Source: an uncultured bacterium (GTDB taxonomy: Bacteria; Bdellovibrionota_B; Oligoflexia; Oligoflexales; RGVZ01). From it: DNA of 26,508 nt. The position numbers and the translations under genes are program-made. The notes under the pieces were generated by a model, which saw only the letters and a list, made by a program, of their open reading frames with translations, did no database searches and was not told the DNA's origin. Below, piece by piece: positions 17,642-24,012 of this stretch. Positions within the stretch are counted from its first letter, which is position 1. The number at the start of each line of letters is the position of its first letter. The stretch lies in NCBI GenBank assembly GCA_963923405.1, contig CAWUNT010000001.1:1-26508 (forward strand), given 5' to 3'.

Positions 17642-18933
17642 GAGTCCCCTCCCGTCTCACCCATGGCCAGCAACAGAGTCCGCCATGTTTGCGCCAATTG
17701 CACGCGCGCCTTGACAGCCGCGCGACGCGCGTCAATGGAAGAATTCAGCGCCTGCAACGTTTCCAGACTGGTTGCCAGGCCCATGCGTTCATCTTGCGCG
17801 ACCCGGCGGTACCAGGCGTCAGACTTGCTGGCCGAATCCTCGAGCAACCCACTCTGTTTGCGACTTGCCTGGTACTTCTCCCAAAGGTCCCGGGCCTCAT
17901 CGATCGCGACGCGTTCCGCCAACTGCGCGCGCATGGATTGTTGCGATTCCCGCGCCTTTGCCTCGCGCACTGCCGCGCTGACACCGCCTCCGGAGAAGAG
18001 CGGCAACGACGCGTTGAGCGTCACGTCCCAGTCTCCGCTCGAAAACCGGGTGTCCGGCCGTTTCAGGTAGTAATTACCGGAAAGGTCCAGACTGGGCAGG
18101 TGCCCTGCCCGGGCAACCTTGACGCCCTCGCCTGCCATGTTGAGGGCGATGCGTTCCGCGATCAGGTCAGGGCGGGCGAGAACCTTTACCTTGATGTCGT
18201 CCCAGTTCGCGAAGGGAAGATCTCCAAGCGTCACATCGCAGACAGAAGCGGCATTGATCCCGGTGGCCGACACGAGGGCGCGCAAGGAAGACTCCAGTTG
18301 GATCCTGGCGCCGTCCAACTGCGCGCGTGCGCTTGAAACCTGGGCCTCAGCCCCAAGTCCATCCGTCGCCCGTGAACGTCCGATGGCGATGCGACTTTTT
18401 ATTTCGCCAAGGCGACGTTCCGACAACTTGCTCAGTTCCGAGAGGGACGCGACTTCTGCCTGAGCGGCGAGCACGCTGAAATACGAGGCCGTGATTTCCC
18501 GCCCCGTCTTGATCCGCGTTCCCGCGACTTTCGCAGTACCTGCGTCAACCTGGGCCCGGGCACTGCGCAGCAACGCGTATTCGCGTCCTCCCTTGAACAG
18601 CGGCTGCGTCAAGACAATCCTGGATCCTGTCAGGGTCTCCGACGGAGTCGACGCATCCTGCCGGGTGGCCGATCCTGAAAGGACAACGGAGGGAAGAACC
18701 CCTGCCCTGGCCTGATCCAACTGGGCGCCAGCCTCATCCACAGCCGCGTTGGCGATCTGAACGCTCTCTGAAACGCGGATTGCCGCGCGCGTGGCCGAGG
18801 GAAGGTCCAGACAACTGTCAGCCCCAAGGGCCACCTGTGATCCAAGGACCATCGCGCCCGTGAAGCCGCCAAACTGGCGGGCCACCAGATTTACGCCATT
18901 CAATATCCGGGAAGGCAAAATACGGGCTTCCAT
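17638..18933 (-). CDS. TolC family outer-membrane efflux protein
   Basis: Twin OEP repeats (QARAGVLPSVVLS...LTQPLFKGG; VARAGHLPSLDLS...ASLPLFSGG); start approximate (ATG 18933 or slightly downstream); the track start at 19179 overlaps the opposite gene. Confidence 0.88.
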   Translation of the reverse strand: MEARILPSRILNGVNLVARQFGGFTGAMVLGSQVALGADSCLDLPSATRAAIRVSESVQIANAAVDEAGAQLDQARAGVLPSVVLSGSATRQDASTPSETLTGSRIVLTQPLFKGGREYALLRSARAQVDAGTAKVAGTRIKTGREITASYFSVLAAQAEVASLSELSKLSERRLGEIKSRIAIGRSRATDGLGAEAQVSSARAQLDGARIQLESSLRALVSATGINAASVCDVTLGDLPFANWDDIKVKVLARPDLIAERIALNMAGEGVKVARAGHLPSLDLSGNYYLKRPDTRFSSGDWDVTLNASLPLFSGGGVSAAVREAKARESQQSMRAQLAERVAIDEARDLWEKYQASRKQSGLLEDSASKSDAWYRRVAQDERMGLATSLETLQALNSSIDARRAAVKARVQLAQTWRTLLLAMGETGGDS

Positions 18934-19013
18934 GATCCCCCGTCCGGCACGAGAAAAAGATGCCGCCATCATAACACTCCTCGATGTCTTGGCGGTATCC
19001 TCGGGCGACGAAT

Positions 19014-19030
19014 CAGGCACACCAATTGCT
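19014..19030 (+). promoter_or_regulatory. sigma54 -24/-12 promoter of the YqjE-like operon
   Basis: CAGGCACACCAATTGCT (GG-N10-GC, TTGCT); predicted TSS about 49 nt before ATG 19090. Confidence 0.72.
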
Positions 19031-19089
19031 TTCTTCCACCATTCAACCGGACCGGGCCTGTTCCGGCCAAGAACTGGAGGCAAAGAGCG

Positions 19090-19425
19090 ATGGATCATCA
19101 AGGCGGTACGCCATCGAGGCAGATCATGCGTGAGATGGGCGATGACATTACTCTCTTGCTTCGCCTGTCGGTGAGCCACGCGGCCGCACGGGCAAAACAG
19201 ATCATCGACGAGGAACGGCGTATGATGCAGGCCGTCGTCACGAGGGCGATTTTGTCACTGCCGGTCCTGATCATGGCAACCCTTTTCGCGGGAGCAGCCA
19301 TTATCGAATGGCTGGCCGGCATGTTCCCGCTGCCTCTGGCAACCGTGTACGGTCTGGCCGCCGCGACTTTTGCGTTGCTCGCCGTCGTGATTCTCCTGTG
19401 GCCACGGAGGCAGCGAGCCCGATGA
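19090..19425 (+). CDS. Two-TM YqjE/phage-holin-family-like membrane protein
   Basis: 111 aa, GGAGG SD, amphipathic N-terminal helix, two TMs, basic tail (WPRRQRAR); family call by resemblance only. Confidence 0.62.
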   Translation: MDHQGGTPSRQIMREMGDDITLLLRLSVSHAAARAKQIIDEERRMMQAVVTRAILSLPVLIMATLFAGAAIIEWLAGMFPLPLATVYGLAAATFALLAVVILLWPRRQRAR

Positions 19426-19877
19426 GCGTAACTGACGACACCGACCGGTCGGATAATGAAACGTCAAGGGTGGTGGAACTGCGCCGGGCGGCCATGGCCA
19501 GGCGTCGCTTGCGCGAGAACATGGAGCGCATCGCTTCTGGCGATATCGGACGCGGCGTGGGAATTTCCATCGTCGCCACGTCTGTGGCAACGTCCGCGGC
19601 GCGCAAGTCCCGGCAGGTGGTGCGGGAAGCCCCCCTGATCGCCATCGGCACCGCCATCGCGGCAGGCTTTCTAATGGGATCGCGACGCCGCCGCGGCGCC
19701 AACCCGCCCGTGCCCAAAGGGTGGGCACCCCACCCCGCGCCCACAGCCGGGGCTGCGCACCAGACGGGATTTGCCGGGGCGCACCCGATTTGGACGGGAC
19801 TTGCCAGCCTCGGGATCCAGATGGTCCTGGATGCGCTCGCGAGCAGACGGTTTGACACCATGGAGCACGGTGGTTAG
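19422..19877 (+). CDS. YqjK/DUF3618-like protein with ElaB/DUF883-type TM motif
   Basis: ATGA overlap with the upstream stop; ARRRLRENMERIA helix, then VVREAPLIAIGTAIAAGFLMGSRRRR; 151 aa. Confidence 0.6.
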   Translation: MSVTDDTDRSDNETSRVVELRRAAMARRRLRENMERIASGDIGRGVGISIVATSVATSAARKSRQVVREAPLIAIGTAIAAGFLMGSRRRRGANPPVPKGWAPHPAPTAGAAHQTGFAGAHPIWTGLASLGIQMVLDALASRRFDTMEHGG

Positions 19878-19899
19878 ATTCAAGCCTCACAATTGAGGT

Positions 19900-20673
19900 T
19901 TGCCAACGGTGCAATCGACGCTGATCATCGTCCCGACTTACAATGAGTGCGATAACATCTCATTGCTCATGAACGGGATCATGGCCCAGGCGCCAACCTG
20001 TTCCGTCCTTTTTATCGACGACAACTCCACTGACGGCACCCGCGACGAAATCCAGCGCTTCATTGACGCGCGGCCAGACAAGGTTTTCCTGGAAAAACGC
20101 GCGGGAAAACTGGGACTTGGCACAGCCTACATCCATGGATTCAAATGGGCATTGCAACGGGACTATGACCGGATCATCCAGATGGATGCCGACTTGTCAC
20201 ATGATCCGAAATACCTGCCGGGAATGATCCGGCAACTGGAATCAAAGCCGCTGGTCATCGGCAGCCGTTACGTGACTGGCGGAGGGACCAGGAACTGGTC
20301 AGCCATCCGCAAACTGATCAGCAGGTTCGGCAGCATTTACGCGCGCCTCATCCTGGGACTTCCAGTCAACGATTTTACTGGCGGCTTCAACGGCTGGCAG
20401 GCAGCGACCTTGCGATCGCTGCCCCTGGATGATGTCAAGAGCAATGGATACGTGTTTCAAATCGAGATGAAGGCCCGGGCGATCCGGAGCGGTTCGACCT
20501 TTGTCGAGATCCCGATTGTTTTTGTAGACCGCCAGGTCGGCCAGTCAAAGATGTCATCGGGAATCGTTTACGAGGCCATGTGGCGCGTGCTGACCCTGCG
20601 TCAAACGCTCGCCACAAGCAAGTCCCGGCGACTCAACGACCAACACGCCGGGCGACCAGCAAACCAAGGATGA
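19900..20673 (+). CDS. Polyprenol monophosphomannose synthase-like GT2 (Ppm1/DPM1-like)
   Basis: IIVPTYNE, IDDNSTDGT, GLGTAY, QMDADLSHDP, VIGSRYV.GGG, DFTGGF, SNGYVFQIE, EIPIVFVDR..G.SKMS; start TTG 19900 or GTG 19909. Confidence 0.88.
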   Translation: MPTVQSTLIIVPTYNECDNISLLMNGIMAQAPTCSVLFIDDNSTDGTRDEIQRFIDARPDKVFLEKRAGKLGLGTAYIHGFKWALQRDYDRIIQMDADLSHDPKYLPGMIRQLESKPLVIGSRYVTGGGTRNWSAIRKLISRFGSIYARLILGLPVNDFTGGFNGWQAATLRSLPLDDVKSNGYVFQIEMKARAIRSGSTFVEIPIVFVDRQVGQSKMSSGIVYEAMWRVLTLRQTLATSKSRRLNDQHAGRPANQG

Positions 20674-20812
20674 AACCCGCGGCGATGGAAGCCAGCGGCC
20701 TTTCGCGAACGACCTTGCGCAGTTTTTCCGCGCCCGACTCGATCGCCTCGTTGACGTCCACTTCCTGTAGCCACACTTTTGCTTTTTGAATTTCTGTTGC
20801 TGTCGCGTTCAT
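20633..20812 (-). CDS. 59-aa ElaB/YqjD/DUF883-like tail-anchored small protein (absent from the ORF track)
   Basis: Translated by hand: MNATATEIQKAKVWLQEVDVNEAIESGAEKLRKVVRERPLASIAAGFILGLLVARRVGR*; ATGA overlap with the upstream stop; C-terminal VRERP-TM-RR signature. Confidence 0.8.
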   Translation of the reverse strand: MNATATEIQKAKVWLQEVDVNEAIESGAEKLRKVVRERPLASIAAGFILGLLVARRVGR

Positions 20813-21054
20813 GCTGCGCTGTACCCCCGTTCTTTTGCGTCTTTCTCAAGCAATCCCAGCACGTGACGTTTCACTTCCTGAATCTGCTTTGAATCTTCCT
20901 CGATCAGGCGGTTCAACAATTCCGTGCAACATTTCGACTTCTCGGACTTCGCGTCGTTCAAGTAGCGCTTGTAAGCGTAGACGCCTTCTGACTTGCACTT
21001 GAGGATGTTGATCCAGTCATACATCAGGTCGTTCACTTCGGTTGGCGTGGCCAT
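20809..21054 (-). CDS. Small two-helix ferritin-like stress protein (81 aa)
   Basis: AAGGAGG SD before ATG 21054; DLMYDWINIL...EGVYAYKRYLNDAK...C.ELLNRLIEED pattern resembling half of a ferritin-like bundle. ORF is confident; family call is tentative. Confidence 0.72.
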   Translation of the reverse strand: MATPTEVNDLMYDWINILKCKSEGVYAYKRYLNDAKSEKSKCCTELLNRLIEEDSKQIQEVKRHVLGLLEKDAKERGYSAA

Positions 21055-21111
21055 GGTGTCCTCCTTTGGAAACTCGTCCCGCGAAACATCCAACGGGACA
21101 TGGCCCATCAA

Positions 21112-21128
21112 AGCAATCGCCGTGCCTG
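21112..21128 (-). promoter_or_regulatory. sigma54 -24/-12 promoter of the ferritin-like/DUF883 operon
   Basis: Minus strand CAGGCACGGCGATTGCT; in the 88-nt gap; predicted TSS about 47 nt before ATG 21054. Confidence 0.78.
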
Positions 21129-21142
21129 CGCGCCGGATTCGC

Positions 21143-22606
21143 TTACGCTCCCATTTCTTCCTTGAGGCATTCGCGGGTCATTCCATATTTCACCATGAGG
21201 CGATAGATGTCGGCGCGGTAGCGCCCGCAAATTCGCGCGGCCTCCGAGATGTTCCCGCGCGACAACTTCAGGAGTTCACGCAAGTACAACTTCTCGAAGT
21301 TCTCCTTGGCCTCGGAAAGAGGCATTGCCAGGTAATCCACCATCGCGGCGGCTGCCCCGGCAAGGGCAGGATCCGGGGAATCGACGCTGATCATCCCGGC
21401 GTCCTCGATCATGTGGTCGATCCGCAGCTTGCCGTCGCGCGCCAGCACGACACCACGCTCAACAGCGTTTTGCAGTTCACGAATGTTGCCCGGCCAGGGA
21501 CGGGACACGAGACGTGCCATGATCTCCCGCGACGGCGCTTCGACATTCTTGCCAAACCGCGCATTGAACATCGCCAGAAAATGGTTCACCAGCAATGGTA
21601 TGTCTGAGGTCCGTTCCCGCAGGGGTGGCAAGTGGATCTTTAGAACCGACAACCGGTAGTACAGGTCCTCACGGAAACGGCCCTTCCGGACTTCTTCCTC
21701 GAGGCTGCGATTGGTTGCCGCAACCACCCTCGTATTGACCTTGATCGACTGGTTGGACCCGACCGGAGTCACGCGGCTCTCCTGAAGGACGCGCAGCAAT
21801 TTAACCTGAAGCTGCAGCGGCATCTCCCCGATTTCATCGAGGAACAGGGTCCCATCCGAACACGTCTCGAAGAATCCCTTGTGGTCCGTCTTCGCGTCCG
21901 TGAAAGCTCCCCGTTTGTGCCCGAACAATTCGGACTCGAGAAGAGCCTCTGGAATCGCGCCACAGTTGATGGCCTCGAATCTCTTGCCGGCACGCGCGCT
22001 GGTCGAGTGCAGGGCCTTCGCCACCACCTCCTTGCCAGTGCCGCTCTCACCAGTGATGAGGACACGAGAGTCCACGTCACGGAGGATGTCAATGTAGTCC
22101 ATGACCCGCTGCAGGGCCGCGCTCTCACCCACCAACCCGAAATCAGCGGCTCGCAAACTGGAATGCGGAACCAGGCCTCCCGGCGCAACGTCAACCGGAC
22201 CGGAAATTCCAGCAGTACCGGCAATGCCGCCCTTGAACCCGAGCCGGGCCTTCAAACCCTCGACCAGAGCCGACGGGTCGCCCGTCTTGACAAGGAACGA
22301 TGTCGCGCCGCGCTCCATCGCGTCCACGGCGACTTCGATGCTGCCTTTTGCCGTCATCACGAACACGCGGGTTGTTGGCGACTCACGCAAAATCAAAGGC
22401 AGCGCCTCAAGCCCGTCCTCGTCACCAAGGCGCACGTCCAGCAACACCGCGTCATAACGGGAACGCCGCAACAACTCCGCAGCCTCTGCCAGGCATTCCG
22501 CGGAGTCACACTCGAAACCAGCGGCGCGAAATCGCGCCCCAAGAAGCTCGAGCAGGCACGGATCGTCATCAACCATGAGAATTCGCAAGTCACACCCCCG
22601 AATCAA
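21143..22606 (-). CDS. sigma54-dependent response regulator (REC-AAA+-Fis HTH, NtrC family)
   Basis: ILMVDDD, VLLDVRL, Walker A GESGTGKE, ESELFGHKRGAFTDA, Walker B LFLDEIGEM, FREDLYYRL, WPGNIRELQN, HTH GNISEAARICGRYRADIYRL; TTG start overlapping the hpt stop. Confidence 0.95.
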   Translation of the reverse strand: MIRGCDLRILMVDDDPCLLELLGARFRAAGFECDSAECLAEAAELLRRSRYDAVLLDVRLGDEDGLEALPLILRESPTTRVFVMTAKGSIEVAVDAMERGATSFLVKTGDPSALVEGLKARLGFKGGIAGTAGISGPVDVAPGGLVPHSSLRAADFGLVGESAALQRVMDYIDILRDVDSRVLITGESGTGKEVVAKALHSTSARAGKRFEAINCGAIPEALLESELFGHKRGAFTDAKTDHKGFFETCSDGTLFLDEIGEMPLQLQVKLLRVLQESRVTPVGSNQSIKVNTRVVAATNRSLEEEVRKGRFREDLYYRLSVLKIHLPPLRERTSDIPLLVNHFLAMFNARFGKNVEAPSREIMARLVSRPWPGNIRELQNAVERGVVLARDGKLRIDHMIEDAGMISVDSPDPALAGAAAAMVDYLAMPLSEAKENFEKLYLRELLKLSRGNISEAARICGRYRADIYRLMVKYGMTRECLKEEMGA

Positions 22607-22977
22607 AGACTTCCAATCGCGAGTCGAATCGCGGCGGCGAGCGTCGCCAACTCGTCCACATCACCCAAACTGCCGGCGAGATCCCGGCCGGATGATGCCT
22701 GAATCTCCACCCGTCCTGCGACGTCCGCCACGGACGGGTAACCGTAACTCCCGGCGGCGCCGCGAATCATGTGAGCGATCTTGCACGCCTCAACCGCGTC
22801 ACCCGAGACCACGGCGGTGCGTAATCCAGCGACGCGCTTTAGCAATGTCGCGGCGAACTGCGGCAACAACTGTCTCACAATCGGGTCATCCATGTATGCC
22901 GACCACAACGGACCACGAGCGATCCCGCGCGACGAAACTGCTGATGCAGAATTTCCCGATGTAAACTTCTTGGCCAC
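22603..22977 (-). CDS. Stand-alone Hpt (histidine phosphotransfer) protein
   Basis: 124 aa, helical; IAHMIRGAAGSYG phospho-His motif; GTG start. Confidence 0.88.
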   Translation of the reverse strand: MAKKFTSGNSASAVSSRGIARGPLWSAYMDDPIVRQLLPQFAATLLKRVAGLRTAVVSGDAVEACKIAHMIRGAAGSYGYPSVADVAGRVEIQASSGRDLAGSLGDVDELATLAAAIRLAIGSL

Positions 22978-23031
22978 AAATCCCCCGGTTGTCCTTGCGG
23001 CTGTCCTGCTTGTCGTTTCCAGGTGGAGTAA

Positions 23032-23047
23032 AGCAACGACAGTGCCA
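23032..23047 (-). promoter_or_regulatory. sigma54 -24/-12 promoter of the hpt-activator operon
   Basis: Minus strand TGGCACTGTCGTTGCT, exact TGGCAC-N5-TTGC; predicted TSS about 44 nt before GTG 22977. Confidence 0.82.
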
Positions 23048-23121
23048 CGTCATCTCGCAGCGAGGATTCCCACACCTCACTTCAAACTGCAAGCAAGCCG
23101 GACTGCGTTTTTGCTGATTAT

Positions 23122-23162
23122 TTCTGAACGAAAGCCGGGTTCGTTAAGTAATCCTGAACGAA
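23122..23162. repeat. Three CT(G/T)AACGAA half-sites; candidate upstream activator sequence
   Basis: CTGAACGAA at 23124-23132 and 23154-23162 (direct, 30-bp period); inverted copy TTCGTTAAG at 23140-23148, giving AACGAA-N7-TTCGTT. Confidence 0.55.
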
Positions 23163-23201
23163 CCTGCAGTTTCATGTCGATTTCATCACCGGTTTCCGGG
23201 A

Positions 23202-23218
23202 CTGGCACAAACTGTGCT
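23202..23218 (+). promoter_or_regulatory. sigma54 -24/-12 promoter, divergent from hpt, no clear downstream CDS
   Basis: CTGGCACAAACTGTGCT (GG-N10-GC; -12 GTGC rather than TTGC). Confidence 0.55.
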
Positions 23219-23279
23219 TCACCCAACTCGCGTGTTGGAAACAAAATTCCTGATGGATACCCGCCATGCCGTCAGGGAG

Positions 23280-23380
23280 AAGCCGCTCACGGATTCCCTC
23301 ACCTCAATTGACTCTCCGGTCCCGGACAGACTGCCGATCCTACCCAAAGATTTATCGTCCAAGGAATCCTCAAGCGGCTC
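23280..23380 (-). ncRNA. Candidate structured RNA element downstream of the CBS gene
   Basis: About 20-position closing helix (23380-23361 with 23299-23280): 1 mismatch and 4 G-U on the minus strand, which are A-C mismatches on plus; six GGA triplets. Confidence 0.4.
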
Positions 23381-23401
23381 ACACGCGGCACCGCTCTCAA
23401 C

Positions 23402-23842
23402 TCAGGCTGAGCGCAGCGCGTCCAGGTCGATGCCGCTGCCGTTACCCATGCCAACCGCGTCGGGATGACTCGCGATGATGCGGAGAAGGTCCGTGCTCGT
23501 CACAATCCCGAGGATTCTCCTGTCAATAACCACAGGGATGCACGAAATCTGAAGCCTGATCATCGCCGCAGCGATATCCTTCAGGGAGCTCGTCGGAAAA
23601 CAAGTGACCACATTCCTGGACATGATGCTGCTGACTGGACGATCCGGCACGTCAATGCGCCCCTCGCGCAGAGTCGAGGCCAACAGGATATCGCCATCGG
23701 AGACGATCCCGGCCAATTTCCCGGACTCCACAACCGGAATATGGCGGATGCCGAACTCACGCATGTATTTGCGAGCCTCGGCAATGCTGGTTGCCGGATT
23801 GACGAACACGACCTCTTTTTTCATGGCCTGAAATGCGCGCAT
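23402..23842 (-). CDS. CBS-pair domain protein
   Basis: Two CBS repeats (IRHIPVVESGKLAGIVSDGDI; ISCIPVVIDRRILGIVTSTDL); GGGAGGGG 6 nt before ATG 23842; the track start at 23896 falls inside the promoter. Confidence 0.92.
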   Translation of the reverse strand: MRAFQAMKKEVVFVNPATSIAEARKYMREFGIRHIPVVESGKLAGIVSDGDILLASTLREGRIDVPDRPVSSIMSRNVVTCFPTSSLKDIAAAMIRLQISCIPVVIDRRILGIVTSTDLLRIIASHPDAVGMGNGSGIDLDALRSA

Positions 23843-23884
23843 CAGAGACCCCTCCCGGTTTCGTGGTTTTGACGCAACACTCTG

Positions 23885-23900
23885 AGCAACGCTCATGCCA
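23885..23900 (-). promoter_or_regulatory. sigma54 -24/-12 promoter of the CBS gene
   Basis: Minus strand TGGCATGAGCGTTGCT; predicted TSS about 32 nt before ATG 23842. Confidence 0.8.
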
Positions 23901-24012
23901 TATGGCTAAAAACTACCACTCGCATGCCTGATTTCCGGTGTTGCGCGCCGGATCCCACTGTGGCAGATGGCGCCCTGTCGCGACTTCGATCGCGAATCAT
24001 CAGGAAAAGCCG

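Noticed and set aside
18934-19179. N-terminal 82-aa extension of the TolC ORF as a possible fused adaptor
   Set aside because: It overlaps the opposite-strand promoter and gene and has no MFP features.
19090-19425. Holin-like gene as evidence of a prophage
   Set aside because: No endolysin, structural or integrase genes; YqjE-like proteins are chromosomal stress-operon members.
20601-20849. 82-aa minus ORF in the track
   Set aside because: Wrong frame; the overlapping 59-aa frame (20633-20812) has the DUF883 signature and an ATGA-coupled start.
21881-22702. 273-aa plus-strand ORF and similar antisense ORFs (9872-10606, 12512-13228, 16731-17537, 17689-18336)
   Set aside because: Shadow or alternate frames over well-supported genes, without SD or domain signatures.
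23214-23478. Plus-strand ORFs 23214-23468 and 23266-23478
   Set aside because: No SD, low-complexity Ser/Pro or Arg content, overlapping the CBS 3' end; not called as CDS.
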